Shown: positions 20,388-31,482, counted from the stretch's first letter. The stretch: DNA of 64,000 bases from Alphaproteobacteria bacterium (GCA_965227515.1 CBDDFZ010000001.1:1024001-1088000), one strand, 5' to 3'. The notes: generated from the sequence alone by a model not told the origin. A program made the numbers and translations.

Positions 20388-21010
20388 CAGCTTGCGGCGG
20401 CCATGTCGGCGGCAGTATCGGCGGCAACCGGCGCCACGGCCGTGCCACGCTCGGTAACGATGCGGTCGCACGGCTGATCGGTGGCCTCGCGCGGCACATG
20501 CGGCATGCGCTGGCCGGCATAGGCCACGCCGATGGCGGCGACATTGCGGGTCGGCCGGGCGGCGGCCAGGGTGCGGTCGTAGTAGCCGCCGCCATAGCCC
20601 AGGCGGTAGCCGGCGTCGTCGAACGCCAGCATCGGGATCAGCATGATATCGGGCTCCAGCACTTCGGCATCGTCAGTGGGCTCGCTGAGGCCCCAGGCGC
20701 GGGTGATCATGCGCGCGCCGGGCGACCAGCGGCGGAACACCAGCGGCTGGCCGCGCGGGGTCACCACAGGCATGGCGCAGATGGCGCCAGCCTCGTGCAA
20801 GGCGTACATCGTCGGCAGGACGTCGATCTCGCTGCCGATCGGCATGTAGGCCGACACGATCCTGCCGCCGGGCGCGGGCACGCAACCGGCCAGGTGCCGC
20901 CACAGGCTGGCGCCGGCATCGGGCGCGCTCGCGGCCAGTCCTGCGCGGCGGCGCTCGGCCTGTTGCCGCAGTGCCGCCTTGTCGGCGGATATGGATGCCG
21001 TTTCGGCCAA
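20387..21010 (-). CDS. ygfA: 5-formyltetrahydrofolate cyclo-ligase
   Basis: KAALR, YMPIGSEID, PMLAFD..GYRLGYGGGYYDRTL; TTG start inferred. Confidence 0.9.
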   Translation of the reverse strand: MAETASISADKAALRQQAERRRAGLAASAPDAGASLWRHLAGCVPAPGGRIVSAYMPIGSEIDVLPTMYALHEAGAICAMPVVTPRGQPLVFRRWSPGARMITRAWGLSEPTDDAEVLEPDIMLIPMLAFDDAGYRLGYGGGYYDRTLAAARPTRNVAAIGVAYAGQRMPHVPREATDQPCDRIVTERGTAVAPVAADTAADMAAAS

Positions 21011-21096
21011 GGGCGCGTCACACTCCGAACGTGGGTTGCGATTGTCAGGCCGGGTCGGGTCGGTTCCGGTCCGGTCCTGAGGCGGCGGGGTCGCCC

Positions 21097-21255
21097 AGCC
21101 GAGCCGTACCTGCCGTCGGCGAAAATTCCCTCTAGGCCTGTCACTGACAGGTGGGCGCCGTGTAGCCGCGGCCACGACCGCGGCAGGGACAGCTCCCATA
21201 GAGGAGACATTGGCCCCGGGGAATTGGTACCTGACGCACAGGACAGCCCGACCGG
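21097..21255 (-). ncRNA. ssrS: 6S RNA
   Basis: Lies between zapA and ygfA (conserved synteny); minus strand has CCCCGGGGCC, GGGAGCTGTCCCTG and GGCGCCCACCT motifs of alphaproteobacterial 6S; ends approximate. Confidence 0.85.
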
Positions 21256-21339
21256 TAGCGCGGACCCTAGCGCAAAAAACGTTGCGATTGTATTGGATTC
21301 TCAGGGTCTTGAGAGACCGCCGGGCAGCGGCCTGCACCG

Positions 21340-21711
21340 CTATACCCGCAGCGTTTCCAGCCGGGCGGCCAGCTCTTCCAGGCGCGCGCTTGCCTGGTCC
21401 AACGCGCCGGCGGCGGCATCGTCGCCGTTGGCCATCGGGTTGCCACCATTTGGGCGGCCGGCACCCTCCCCGCCATCTGCGACCGTGCGGCGCAGGTCGT
21501 CGAGCTCGTTGTAGATATCGGCCATTTCGTCGGCGACCAACAGGCTCGTCAGCACCATCAGATGGGTCTCGCTGAAGGTGCCGGAGGCATCGGCCAGCCG
21601 GGTCGCGCGCTCGTCGATGTACTTGGCGAGGATGCGCAGGTGGTCTTCCTGCCCATCGTCGCAGGCGACCTTGTAGGTCTTGCCGTGGATGATGACGTCG
21701 ATCCTGGCCAT
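21340..21711 (-). CDS. zapA: cell division protein ZapA
   Basis: IHGKTYKVACDDGQEDHL, LMVLTSLLVADE, coiled-coil C-term. Confidence 0.9.
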   Translation of the reverse strand: MARIDVIIHGKTYKVACDDGQEDHLRILAKYIDERATRLADASGTFSETHLMVLTSLLVADEMADIYNELDDLRRTVADGGEGAGRPNGGNPMANGDDAAAGALDQASARLEELAARLETLRV

Positions 21712-21746
21712 GGCGGCGCGTCGGCTCCTGTAGCGGGTCTGGCGGG

Positions 21747-21983
21747 TCAGCCGTCGCGGCCGTCGCCCGATGCCTGGCTCAGAATGCCATCGATCTCGGC
21801 GATGGCATCGTCCAGGCCGGCAACGACCTCGGCGGTCACTTCGCTCAACGCGTCATAGCGCGCGCGCCAGGGTGTTTCATCAATCGCCCCCGCCGGCGCC
21901 TCGCTGACCTTGGCGTCCACGGCGGCCTGCACACGGGCGATGGCGGCTTCCAGGCGTTTCTTCGACTCATCTATGCGCGACAT
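21747..21983 (-). CDS. small coiled-coil ZapA partner (ZauP/DUF4164-like)
   Basis: KRLEAAIARVQAAV...LDDAIAEIDGIL; directly upstream of zapA. Confidence 0.7.
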   Translation of the reverse strand: MSRIDESKKRLEAAIARVQAAVDAKVSEAPAGAIDETPWRARYDALSEVTAEVVAGLDDAIAEIDGILSQASGDGRDG

Positions 21984-22195
21984 GAAGCCTCGAAGTGTTG
22001 GGGGGCTCGGGCTCGACAGCGGGTCCGCCCACGGGCCTTCGCGATCCCACGCGCAATGCGCATTGCGGCTCCATTGGGCCCCACCGTGCATCTCGCGCTG
22101 ACAGCACCTGTCCCGGGCCCGCGACACTCATAGGCGTTGACCGACAACATAGGCTTGCGGCAAAACCACCGTCAACACGCGCGCATCCGATCAAT

Positions 22196-22279
22196 CCCGA
22201 CAATGTTGGCCCGACAATGTTGGCCCGACCGCGCCCGCCCGATAGAGTTCGCCCGATCGTGTTGGCCCGACAGCGTTGA
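22196..22279. repeat. six tandem 14-bp units (consensus CCCGACAATGTTGG)
   Basis: Units start at 22196, 22210, 22224, 22238, 22252 and 22266; all begin CCCGA. Confidence 0.85.
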
Positions 22280-22393
22280 ACGGATCGCCGGGGGGCCGCA
22301 CAGCCGCTGGCGGCCGGTCAACGCGTCGCTCCGGACCGCTTCGATATGACCAGGGCCCGCCGCCGCGGGCGAATTGTGTGGAGTAGTGTTTTC

Positions 22394-24439
22394 ATGGCCG
22401 CATCGACTGCCGCTTCAGCCACCGGACCCGCAGACGTGACCCATGCCGATCTGGCCAACGCGATCCGCGCGCTGTCCATGGATGCGGTGCAGGCGGCGAA
22501 TTCGGGCCATCCCGGGGCGCCGATGGGCATGGCCGACATGGCGACGGTGCTGTTCCGCGACGTGCTGAATTACGACGCCGCCAGCCCGAACTGGCCCGAC
22601 CGCGACCGCTTCGTGCTGTCCAACGGCCATGGGTCGATGCTGCTCTATTCGCTGCTGTACCTGACCGGCTATCCGGAAATGACGATCGAGGAGATCAAGA
22701 ATTTCCGCCAGTGGGGTGCACGCACCGCCGGCCACCCGGAATACGGCCATGCGCCGGGCATCGAGACCACGACCGGGCCGCTGGGCCAGGGCCTGGGCAA
22801 CGCGGTCGGCATGGCGATGGCGGAACGGCGGATGGCGGCCGAGTTCGGCAGCGACCTTGTCGATCACCATACCTATGCATTTGCCGGCGATGGCTGCCTG
22901 ATGGAGGGCATCTCCCAGGAGGCGATTTCGCTGGCCGGTCATCTGAAGCTCGGCCGCCTGATCGTGCTGTTCGACGACAACGGCATTTCCATCGACGGCG
23001 ACCTGGCGTTGGCCTCGTCGGAGGACCAGCAGGCCCGCTTCGCCGCCGCCGGCTGGCACGTGCAGGCCATCGACGGCCATGACCCGGATGCGATCAAGGC
23101 CGCACTGGAGGCGGCGAAGGCGGCCGGCGACCGCCCGTCGATGATCGCCTGTCGCACGGTCATCGGCTACGGCTCGCCCAACAAGGCAGGGACCGGCGGC
23201 GTGCACGGTGCCGCCCTTGGCGATGCCGAGATCGCGCTGACGCGCGAGAAGCTCGGCTGGCCGCATCCGCCGTTCGAGATCCCGGCGCCGATCCTGGAGG
23301 CGTGGCGCGGTTTCGGCCGGCGCGGGTCCGATGCGCGCTCGGCGTGGTCGGACCGGCTGGCGGCGGCCGACGACCATGCGCGCGCCGAGTTCCAGCGCCG
23401 GATCGACGGCGACCTGCCGGCCGGCCTGGCCAGCACGGTGACGGATGCGCGGGCCACGCTCGTCGCCGAGAAACCGAAGGTCGCCACCCGTGTCGCGTCG
23501 CAGAACGCGCTGGAGGTGCTGGCCCCCGAACTTCCGGAGTTGATGGGTGGGTCTGCCGACCTGACCGGGTCCAACAACACCCGCACCAAGGCGTTCGAGA
23601 TGACGGCGTTTTCCGCCGACAGCTACGACGGCAACTATGTGCACTACGGCATCCGCGAGCACGGCATGGCGGCCGCCATGAATGGCATCGCGCTCCACGG
23701 CGGGCTGATCCCCTATGGCGGCACCTTCCTGGTGTTCACCGACTATCTGCGCCCCTCGCTGCGGCTGGCCGCGCTGATGGGCCAGCGCGTGATCCACGTG
23801 ATGACCCACGATTCCATCGGTTTGGGCGAGGACGGGCCGACCCACCAGCCGGTGGAGCACCTGGCCGCCCTGCGCGCGATGCCCAATGTCTTCGTGTTCC
23901 GGCCCGCCGACGCGGTGGAGACGCTGGAGTGCTGGTATCTGGCGCTGGAGCGGCGCGGCGGCCCCTCGGTGCTGGCGCTCACGCGTCAAGGATTGCCGGT
24001 TGTGCGCGAGGCCGACGTGGCGGGCACCGATGCCGACTTCGCCTGCCGGCGCGGCGGCTATCTGCTGCGCAAGCCGGCGGAGGATCGCCAGGTGACGCTG
24101 ATGGCATCGGGCTCGGAGGTTGAAATCGCGCTTGCCGCCGCCGACCTGTTGGAGCAGGAAGGCTGGGCGGTGGCGGTCGCGTCCATGCCCTGCATCGAGC
24201 TGTTCGACGAGCAGTCGGACGTCTATCGCAAGTCGGTGCTGGGCACAGCACCGCGGGTGGCGGTCGAGGCCGCGCTGATGATGGGCTGGGACCGGCTGGT
24301 CGGCCCGCATGGGGCGACGGTCGGCATGACCGGGTTCGGCGCATCGGCGCCGGCGGATGAGTTGTACGAGCGTTTTGGCATTACACCGGCCGCGGTGGCC
24401 GACGCGGCACGCGCCGCGCTGCGCCGCGCCGCCAAATAG
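22394..24439 (+). CDS. tkt: transketolase
   Basis: [50 protein letters not shown]. Confidence 0.97.
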   Translation: MAASTAASATGPADVTHADLANAIRALSMDAVQAANSGHPGAPMGMADMATVLFRDVLNYDAASPNWPDRDRFVLSNGHGSMLLYSLLYLTGYPEMTIEEIKNFRQWGARTAGHPEYGHAPGIETTTGPLGQGLGNAVGMAMAERRMAAEFGSDLVDHHTYAFAGDGCLMEGISQEAISLAGHLKLGRLIVLFDDNGISIDGDLALASSEDQQARFAAAGWHVQAIDGHDPDAIKAALEAAKAAGDRPSMIACRTVIGYGSPNKAGTGGVHGAALGDAEIALTREKLGWPHPPFEIPAPILEAWRGFGRRGSDARSAWSDRLAAADDHARAEFQRRIDGDLPAGLASTVTDARATLVAEKPKVATRVASQNALEVLAPELPELMGGSADLTGSNNTRTKAFEMTAFSADSYDGNYVHYGIREHGMAAAMNGIALHGGLIPYGGTFLVFTDYLRPSLRLAALMGQRVIHVMTHDSIGLGEDGPTHQPVEHLAALRAMPNVFVFRPADAVETLECWYLALERRGGPSVLALTRQGLPVVREADVAGTDADFACRRGGYLLRKPAEDRQVTLMASGSEVEIALAAADLLEQEGWAVAVASMPCIELFDEQSDVYRKSVLGTAPRVAVEAALMMGWDRLVGPHGATVGMTGFGASAPADELYERFGITPAAVADAARAALRRAAK

Positions 24440-24459
24440 CAGAATCGGAGGAATTGGAC

Positions 24460-25470
24460 ATGGCAGTGCGTGTCGCCATCAACGGCTTCGGCCGGATCGG
24501 CCGGCTGGTCCTGCGGGCCGCATACGAGCAGGGCCGCGACGACCTGGAATTCGTCGCCATCAACGACCTGGGCTCGGTGGAAGCCAACGTGCACCTGGTC
24601 AGCTTCGACAGCGTGCACGGCCCCTATCCGGGCAACGTCAGCCACGGCGACGACTGGATGGACCTGGGCAAGGGCAAGATCAAGGTGCTGGCCGAGCGCG
24701 ACCCGACCAAGCTGCCCTGGGGCGAGCTGGGCATCGACGTGGTGATGGAGTGCACCGGCATCTTTACCTCGAAGGAAAAGGCGTCGATGCACCTGGAGGC
24801 CGGCGCCAAGCGGGTGCTGGTGTCCGCGCCGGCCAGCGGTGCCGACATCACGGTCGTCTACGGCGTCAACGACGACAAGCTGGAGGCCGGCCACAAGGTC
24901 GTGTCCAACGCGTCGTGCACCACCAACTGCCTGGCGCCGGTGGCCTATGTGCTGAACCAGGCGATCGGCATCGAGCGCGGGTTCATGACCACCATCCACT
25001 CCTACACCGGCGACCAGCCGACCGTGGACACGCTGCACAAGGACCTGCGCCGCGCGCGGGCGGCGGCGGTGTCGATGATCCCGACCAGCACCGGTGCGGC
25101 CAAGGCGGTCGGCCTGGTGCTGCCTGAGTTGAACGGCAAGCTGGACGGTACCGCGATCCGGGTGCCGACGCCGAACGTCTCGCTGGTCGACTTCAAGTTC
25201 GACGCGGCGCGCGAAACCTCGGTCGACGAGGTCAACGGCGCCATCCAGCAGGCGACCGGAGGCCGGCTGAAGGGCATTCTCACCGCCAACGACAAGCCGC
25301 TGGTCTCCACCGACTTCAACCACAACCCGTCCAGCTCGACCTTCGACCTGACCCAGACCCAGGTGCTGGAGGGCAAGTTCGTGCGCGTGCTGTCGTGGTA
25401 CGACAACGAATGGGGCTTCTCGACGCGCATGTCCGATACGGCCATCGCCATGGGTGCGCTGGACGGCTGA
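24460..25470 (+). CDS. gap: glyceraldehyde-3-phosphate dehydrogenase
   Basis: [29 protein letters not shown]. Confidence 0.97.
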   Translation: MAVRVAINGFGRIGRLVLRAAYEQGRDDLEFVAINDLGSVEANVHLVSFDSVHGPYPGNVSHGDDWMDLGKGKIKVLAERDPTKLPWGELGIDVVMECTGIFTSKEKASMHLEAGAKRVLVSAPASGADITVVYGVNDDKLEAGHKVVSNASCTTNCLAPVAYVLNQAIGIERGFMTTIHSYTGDQPTVDTLHKDLRRARAAAVSMIPTSTGAAKAVGLVLPELNGKLDGTAIRVPTPNVSLVDFKFDAARETSVDEVNGAIQQATGGRLKGILTANDKPLVSTDFNHNPSSSTFDLTQTQVLEGKFVRVLSWYDNEWGFSTRMSDTAIAMGALDG

Positions 25471-25488
25471 GTGCCGAGTTCGGTCGAT

Positions 25489-26163
25489 ATGGCCGATATC
25501 AAGGTGGCCGATGTGGGTGGCCGGCAAGCCGACGACACTGGGGATCTGCGTCGGTCCATGCGGCCGGACATGCTGGTGGTCGCCGGCCTGGTGCCGGCCG
25601 GGTCGCGGGTGCTGGACGTGGGTTGCGCCGACGGTGCGCTGCTGCACTTCCTGACCACCACCAAGCAGGTCGACGGGCGCGGCATCGAACTCAGCCAAGC
25701 CGGCGTCGAGGCGGCCGCCCGGCGCGGCCTGTCGGTGGTGCAGGGCGATGCCGACCGCGACCTCGCCGAATACCCCAGCGACGCCTTCGACGTGTGCATC
25801 CTCAGCCAGACCATCCAGGCGACCCATGCGCCGCGCAAGGTGCTGGAGAACCTGTTGCGCATCGGCAAGAGCGCCATCGTCTCGCTGCCGAATTTCGGCT
25901 ATTGGCGGCTGCGCTGGAAGCTGGTGACGACCGGGCGGATGCCGGTGACCGACCGGTTGCCGGACCCGTGGTACGCCACGCCCAACATCCACTTTTGCAC
26001 GATTGCCGATTTTCTCGACCTGTGCCGCACCATGGGGATCAGCGTGCGCGAGGCCATCGGCCTGGACGAGGATGGCCGCCGCATCGCCACCTCGGCGCGC
26101 AGCCGGTGGGGCAATCTGAAATGCGCGCAGGCCGTGTTCCTGCTGACGCGGCCGAAGAACTGA
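25489..26163 (+). CDS. metW: methionine biosynthesis protein MetW
   Basis: RVLDVGCADG, ILSQTIQA, PNFGYWR, GRMP, WYATPNIHFCT. Confidence 0.9.
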   Translation: MADIKVADVGGRQADDTGDLRRSMRPDMLVVAGLVPAGSRVLDVGCADGALLHFLTTTKQVDGRGIELSQAGVEAAARRGLSVVQGDADRDLAEYPSDAFDVCILSQTIQATHAPRKVLENLLRIGKSAIVSLPNFGYWRLRWKLVTTGRMPVTDRLPDPWYATPNIHFCTIADFLDLCRTMGISVREAIGLDEDGRRIATSARSRWGNLKCAQAVFLLTRPKN

Positions 26164-26179
26164 AGACGGAGGGTTGACG

Positions 26180-26539
26180 ATGGACGGCGCCACGGTGCTC
26201 GACGACGCGGTGCTGGCCGAACTCGCCGACGATGTCGGCGCCGACCTGCTGCCCGAGTTGATCGAAACCTTCCTGGAAGAAACCCGCGAACGCCTGGTGC
26301 TGATGGCGACCATGTGGAGCGAGGGGAATATTGCCGGCCTTGGCCACGAGGCGCACACCCTGAAGAGCACGTCCGGCAGCTTCGGCGCGCTCGCCCTGCA
26401 GGCCGCCGCCGCCCGGCTGGAGGCTGCCTGTGAGACCAACGACGCAATCGCGGGCGATGTCGTCGGCGCTTATGCCGATGCGGTCGAGGTGCGCGGCCCC
26501 GAGGCGGTAAGCGCGTTCGCGGCGCGGTTGAGGGGGTAG
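26180..26539 (+). CDS. stand-alone Hpt domain protein
   Basis: EAHTLKSTSGSFGA phosphoacceptor motif. Confidence 0.85.
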   Translation: MDGATVLDDAVLAELADDVGADLLPELIETFLEETRERLVLMATMWSEGNIAGLGHEAHTLKSTSGSFGALALQAAAARLEAACETNDAIAGDVVGAYADAVEVRGPEAVSAFAARLRG

Positions 26540-26607
26540 CACGGCAGGAAGCGGTGCGCGTGAAGCTAAGTGAAACCCGGGTTTCGCTCCGCTTCACCCA
26601 GGCTACG
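26536..26607. repeat. GTAG-family REP with degenerate inverted partner
   Basis: Minus strand GTAGCCTGGGTGAAGCGGAGCGAAACCCGGG; plus strand GTAGC...GTGAAGCTAAGTGAAACCCGGG. Confidence 0.6.
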
Positions 26608-26959
26608 GAGTCTTGTTGCTCAACTCGGCGAGGATTTGCGCGCACGCCTTGCTCAAGGCCGCCAGGTCGTACTCGACGATTTCCCAAACTGTCTTCAGAT
26701 CGATTTCGCCGTACTCATGGCGCGCGATGTTGCCAAAGCCACGAATGCCCGACCAATCCAGACCCGGCGCGTGTTCCTCGGCATGATAGCCAATTCTTCT
26801 GGCTGCTTCGGAAATGCACTGCAGAGAATAGATTACGGACCGTTGAGTGCGCGCGTCGCGCACGAAACCGTCGAACCCGATGCCGTCGACGTCGCTCGTG
26901 ATGGCTGCAATGTATTCCTGAATATCCCGATAGTGCCGCGATGGATCGCTAGAATGCAC
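26603..26959 (-). CDS. HEPN/DUF86 (HepT-like) RNase
   Basis: LQCISEAARRI, DWSGIRGFGNIARHEYGEIDLKTVWEIV. Confidence 0.85.
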   Translation of the reverse strand: MHSSDPSRHYRDIQEYIAAITSDVDGIGFDGFVRDARTQRSVIYSLQCISEAARRIGYHAEEHAPGLDWSGIRGFGNIARHEYGEIDLKTVWEIVEYDLAALSKACAQILAELSNKTP

Positions 26960-27275
26960 GCACCGATTCCTCCGAGATTCGCTCTCTCAGGCTCTCGCGA
27001 TAGATCGGGAACACCACCAAATCGACGTGTCGACCTAACAACTTGGTCAGCCAATCGCGCAGGTCCTCCACCAGCGTAATTTGGCGAAATCCTTTCTGGC
27101 GCGCCGAGTCCTTCATGTGAATGCACAGGTCGACGTCCGACGACGGTCCGTCTTCATCGCGCGCTACCGATCCGAATATGTCGACGTGCTCGACGCCTTG
27201 TGCCGTGAGCTGGTCCCGGTGTGACAGCAAAGTATCGATGATGTGCTGGCGAGTGTGACGATCGCGGCGGGTCAT
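26949..27275 (-). CDS. minimal nucleotidyltransferase (MntA-like antitoxin)
   Basis: FGSVARDEDGPSSDVDL, LLGRHVDLV; overlaps HEPN gene start. Confidence 0.87.
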   Translation of the reverse strand: MTRRDRHTRQHIIDTLLSHRDQLTAQGVEHVDIFGSVARDEDGPSSDVDLCIHMKDSARQKGFRQITLVEDLRDWLTKLLGRHVDLVVFPIYRESLRERISEESVRAF

Positions 27276-27343
27276 TTCCCAGATATCGTGAGTTTGGCGC
27301 ATACTTCAAGCTCACCCGGCATCTCGCACCCTTGCCGCGGCGG

Positions 27344-28216
27344 CTATCTGGTCGGGACGGGCTTTTCGCCGGAGTAGTCGTAGAAGCCGCGGCCGACCTT
27401 GCGGCCCAGCCAGCCGGCCTCGACATACTTCACCAGCAGCGGGCAGGGCCGGTACTTGCTGTCGGCCAGCCCCTCGTGCAGCACATGCATCACCGACAGG
27501 CAGGTGTCGAGGCCGATGAAGTCGGCCAGTTCCAGCGGGCCCATCGGGTGGTTGGCGCCCAGTTTCATCGAGACGTCGATGGACTGCACCGAGCCGACGC
27601 CCTCGTAGAGGGTGTAGACCGCCTCGTTGATCATCGGCAGCAGGATGCGGTTGACGATGAAGGCCGGGAAGTCCTCCGACACGGTCGGCGTCTTGCCGAG
27701 CCGCTCCGCGAGGTCATGCACGGTCTTGAAGGTCGCCTCATCAGTGCCGAGCCCGCGGATCAGCTCCACGAGTTGCATGATCGGCACCGGGTTCATGAAG
27801 TGCATGCCCATGAACTTGGCCGGCCGGTCGGTCGCCGCGGCCAGCCGCGTGATCGGGATCGACGAGGTGTTGGACGCGATGATGGTTTCCGGCGGCAACT
27901 CCGCGCACAGCTTCTCGAAGATCGACCGCTTGACCTGCTCGTCCTCGGTCGCTGCCTCGATCGCCAGGTCGCAGTCCGACGCGGCGGACAGTTCCAGCGC
28001 GCCCGACAGGTGCCCCATCGCCGCTTCCGCCGCCTCGGCCTCCATCTTGTCGCGCGAGACGAGGCGCTTCAGGCCCTTCTCGATGTGCGCGCGCGCCCGG
28101 TCCAGCTGCTGCTGCGACACATCGATCATCACGACGTCGATGCCGGCGACGGCGGATACTTGTGCGATGCCGGCGCCCATCTGGCCGGCGCCGATGACGG
28201 CAATCTTGTCAACCAT
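27344..28216 (-). CDS. hbd: 3-hydroxybutyryl-CoA dehydrogenase
   Basis: GAGQMGAG, ASNTSS, GMHFMNP, HPMGPLELAD. Confidence 0.93.
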   Translation of the reverse strand: MVDKIAVIGAGQMGAGIAQVSAVAGIDVVMIDVSQQQLDRARAHIEKGLKRLVSRDKMEAEAAEAAMGHLSGALELSAASDCDLAIEAATEDEQVKRSIFEKLCAELPPETIIASNTSSIPITRLAAATDRPAKFMGMHFMNPVPIMQLVELIRGLGTDEATFKTVHDLAERLGKTPTVSEDFPAFIVNRILLPMINEAVYTLYEGVGSVQSIDVSMKLGANHPMGPLELADFIGLDTCLSVMHVLHEGLADSKYRPCPLLVKYVEAGWLGRKVGRGFYDYSGEKPVPTR

Positions 28217-28267
28217 GGTCTCTCACTACGTGTGGTGCACGGCCGGCCCCGGTTGCCCCATCGGGCG

Positions 28268-29200
28268 CTAATCCAGGGCGTCGGCCAGTTGAGGCAGAAT
28301 TTCAAACAGGTCGCCGACCAGTCCGTAGTCGGCGATCTGGAAGATCGGCGCGTCCTCGTCCTTGTTGATCGCGACGATGACCTTGCTGTCCTTCATGCCG
28401 GCCAGGTGCTGGATGGCACCGGAGATGCCGACGGCGATGTAGAGTTCGGGCGCCACGACCTTGCCGGTCTGGCCGACCTGGTAGTCGTTGGGCACATAGC
28501 CGGCGTCGACGGCGGCGCGGCTGGCGCCGACCGCGGCGCCCAGCTTGTCGGCCACCGCCTCGATCAGCTTGAAGTTGTCGCCGGACTGCATGCCGCGTCC
28601 GCCGGAGACGACGATGCGCGCTGAGGTCAGCTCCGGGCGCTCCGACGCGCTCAGTTCCTGGCCGACGAAGCTGGACAGGTCGCTGGCATCGGTCGGCGCC
28701 ACATCCTCGATCGCCGCCGATCCGCCGTCCGCCGGCGCCGGATCGAACGCCGTGGTGCGCACGGTGATCACCTTCTTGGCGTCGCTGGAGCGCACGGTGG
28801 CGATGCCGTTGCCGGCGTAGATCGGCCGCTCGAAAGTGTCGGCGTCGACCACGCCCTGGATGTCGGAAATCTGCTGCACGTCCAGCAGGGCCGCCACCCG
28901 CGGCATCAGGTTCTTGCCGGCGGTGGTGGCGGCGGCCAGCACGTGGTCGTAGCCGTCTGCGACCGCAACCACCAGCGGCGTAATGTTCTCGGCCAACAGG
29001 TGCTCGTAGTGCGCGGCCTCCGCCTTGCGGACGGTGCGCACGCCGGCCACCTTGGAAGCGGCCTCGGCGGCCATGCCGCAATCGGCGCCGCACACCAGCA
29101 AGTCGACATCGCCGCCGATCTTCTGTGCCGCGGCCACCGCGCTCAGCGACCCTGGCTTCAGCGCGCCATCCTCGTGCTCGCAAATAACGAGGCTTGCCAT
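28268..29200 (-). CDS. etfA: electron transfer flavoprotein alpha subunit
   Basis: [29 protein letters not shown]. Confidence 0.96.
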   Translation of the reverse strand: MASLVICEHEDGALKPGSLSAVAAAQKIGGDVDLLVCGADCGMAAEAASKVAGVRTVRKAEAAHYEHLLAENITPLVVAVADGYDHVLAAATTAGKNLMPRVAALLDVQQISDIQGVVDADTFERPIYAGNGIATVRSSDAKKVITVRTTAFDPAPADGGSAAIEDVAPTDASDLSSFVGQELSASERPELTSARIVVSGGRGMQSGDNFKLIEAVADKLGAAVGASRAAVDAGYVPNDYQVGQTGKVVAPELYIAVGISGAIQHLAGMKDSKVIVAINKDEDAPIFQIADYGLVGDLFEILPQLADALD

Positions 29201-29949
29201 CAGATCACCTTCGCTTCGGTCTTCAGCTTGTCGAGCAGGGTCGCCACGTCGGGCACCTTGACGCCCGCCGCGCGGCCTTCCGGTTCCACCACCTGCAGGG
29301 TTTCCAGCCGCGGTGTCGGGTCGACGCCCAGGTCGTCCGGCGACAGGGTCTCGATCTCCTTGCGGCGCGCCTTCATGATGCTGGGCAGAGAGGCATAGCG
29401 CGGCTCGTTCAGCCGCAGGTCGGTGGTAACCACCGCCGGCATCTTGAGCGCCAGCGTCTCCAGCCCGCCGTCGATCTCGCGCGTCACCTGCGCGGTGCCG
29501 CCGTCGATGGCCAGCTTAGAGGCGAAAGTGCCCTGCGGCCAGCCGAGCAGGGCGGCCAGCATCTGGCCGGTCTGGTTGGCGTCGTCGTCGATGGCCTGCT
29601 TGCCCAGGATCACCAGGTCGGGCCCGTCGCGCTCGACCAGGGCCTTCAGCATCTTGGCGACGGCCAGCGGTTGCAGCTCGACGCCGGTCTGGACCAGGAT
29701 GCCGCGGTCGGCGCCCATGGCGAGCGCGGTGCGGATGGTCTCCTGTGACTGGGTCGGGCCCAGGGACACCGCGATGATCTCCTCGACCGTGCCGGCTTCC
29801 TTCAGCCGTACCGCCTCTTCGACGGCGATCTCGTCGAACGGGTTCATCGACATCTTGACGTTGGCGGTCTCGACACCCGTCTTGTCGGCGCGCACCCGCA
29901 CCTTGACGTTGTAGTCGATGACCCTCTTGACGGCGACCAGGACCTTCAT
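29200..29949 (-). CDS. etfB: electron transfer flavoprotein beta subunit
   Basis: [34 protein letters not shown]. Confidence 0.96.
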   Translation of the reverse strand: MKVLVAVKRVIDYNVKVRVRADKTGVETANVKMSMNPFDEIAVEEAVRLKEAGTVEEIIAVSLGPTQSQETIRTALAMGADRGILVQTGVELQPLAVAKMLKALVERDGPDLVILGKQAIDDDANQTGQMLAALLGWPQGTFASKLAIDGGTAQVTREIDGGLETLALKMPAVVTTDLRLNEPRYASLPSIMKARRKEIETLSPDDLGVDPTPRLETLQVVEPEGRAAGVKVPDVATLLDKLKTEAKVI

Positions 29950-30084
29950 CGGTGGCGCTCAATCCCCCTGTTCTTGCACTGTCCGCCACGGCAGGCGGAA
30001 CCCTGCCGATCAGGCAGGGCGGCGAAGCCTATGTCGCAGTGCAGCATGTGTCAATCGACGGCGCCCCACCAACGGCGCTGGCCG

Positions 30085-30285
30085 TCACGACTTGTCGCCG
30101 GTCAGCATCATCAGCGCCAGCAAGGCTATGGCCACGCCCTGGCAGATGACCCGGGCGCGCATCAGCCGGTTGCCATAGCGCTGGTTGATCTCGCCACCCT
30201 TGTTCATGACGATCACCCCGGCGACCAGCACGCCGACCGTGGCGACCAGGGAGATGATGAAGGCGACGGTGAAGAACGTGTTCAT
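30085..30285 (-). CDS. HIG1-family twin-helix small membrane protein
   Basis: Two TM segments around NRLMRARVICQ; usual position upstream of etfB. Confidence 0.85.
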   Translation of the reverse strand: MNTFFTVAFIISLVATVGVLVAGVIVMNKGGEINQRYGNRLMRARVICQGVAIALLALMMLTGDKS

Positions 30286-30355
30286 GGCGCGGTTTCTACA
30301 GCAAGTGGTTCCGCCCGGCCATGGACGGTGGGTCGCAGGGTTACGAGGACTCTAT

Positions 30356-30475
30356 GGCACCGGCCCTCTCACCCACCCGGCCACCCAGCAGGATACTCTC
30401 CCATTGGAATTTTGGGCGGCGGCCGGGAGGGGGAGAGGGCTGGCGCAGACTCAGCGTAAGCTGATCCCGATCTAG
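30356..30475. mobile_element. family A MITE-like element, copy 4
   Basis: GGCACCGGCCCTCTC..CCCAGCAGGATACT..GAGAGGGCTGGCGCAGACTCAGCGTAAGCTGATCCCGATCTAG. Confidence 0.75.
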
Positions 30476-31305
30476 TCCAATCCCCAGGTTGGCGACAGGC
30501 CGGCGACCTGGACGATGCGGCGGTTGTTGGCGCGCAGCGCGCCGACGGCGGCCATCTCCTGGTCGCTGAGCGTGAAATCGAAGATGTCGATATTGGCCTT
30601 GATACGCTCCGGCGTGCGGCTCATCGGAATGGTGACAACGCCCTGCTGCACCATCCACCTCAGCGCTACCTGTACCTCGGTCTTGCCATAGCGGGCGCCG
30701 ATGCCGGCCAGCACCTCGTTGCCCACCAGTTCGCCCCGCGCCACCGGGCAATAGGCGGTGATGACCACGCCATGGCCGGCCGCGGCCTCCTGCAATGCCG
30801 ATTGGTCGAGCAACGGGTGGAACTCGACCTGGTCGTTGGTCACCCGGCCGTTGGTCATCTTCATCGCGCGCGCCAGGTCCGGCGGCTCGAAGTTGGAGAC
30901 GCCGATATGGCGCGCCTGCCCCGCATCCTGCGCCGCCATCAGCATCTCCAGCGTGCGCTGCATGTCGAACTGCGGGTTCGGCCAGTGCAGCAGCAGCATG
31001 TCGACATAGTCGAGCTTCAGGTCGGCCAGGCTACCGGCGACGGTGTCGGCGAACTTGCCCGGCGCATAGTTGTCCGGGTGCACCTTGGTGGTGACGAACA
31101 GCTCGTCGCGGGCCAGCCCGGACTCGCCGAGCATGCGCCCGACATCGCGCTCGTTGCCGTACATCTGGGCGGTGTCGAAGTGGCGGTAGCCCGCCTCCAG
31201 CGCCGCGTCCATGGCGCGCGCCGCCTCCGGCCCGGTCAGCGGATAGGTGCCGTAGCCGACCAGCGGGATCGTGCCGCCGTCGTTGAGCTTTGCTGATTCG
31301 ATCAT
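30472..31305 (-). CDS. aldo/keto reductase (2,5-DKG reductase-like)
   Basis: GYRHFDTAQMYGNE, LFVTTK, LLHWP, IGVSNF. Confidence 0.92.
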   Translation of the reverse strand: MIESAKLNDGGTIPLVGYGTYPLTGPEAARAMDAALEAGYRHFDTAQMYGNERDVGRMLGESGLARDELFVTTKVHPDNYAPGKFADTVAGSLADLKLDYVDMLLLHWPNPQFDMQRTLEMLMAAQDAGQARHIGVSNFEPPDLARAMKMTNGRVTNDQVEFHPLLDQSALQEAAAGHGVVITAYCPVARGELVGNEVLAGIGARYGKTEVQVALRWMVQQGVVTIPMSRTPERIKANIDIFDFTLSDQEMAAVGALRANNRRIVQVAGLSPTWGLD

Positions 31306-31482
31306 AATCTAGCCTTTGCGTCCTTCGACCAATTGCCAATCATTCAATAGTCGTCATTGCGAGCCGGCTCCAGCCGGCGTGGCAATCCAGGCGATTGCTG
31401 CGATCTCACGACTGGAATCCCTGGATTGCCGCGTTGCGCCCACTGTCTTTGGACAGTCGGCGCCCTCGCAATGACGCTGGCG

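Noticed and set aside
21011-21337. N-terminal extension of the ygfA ORF
   Set aside because: Runs through the 6S RNA; family similarity begins near KAALR
22196-22279. Possible CRISPR or mini-array
   Set aside because: 14-bp head-to-tail units, no spacers, no cas genes in the window
29950-30084. No cobalamin adenosyltransferase gene between HIG1 and etfB, where many alphaproteobacteria have one
   Set aside because: Simple synteny variation; no remnant visible
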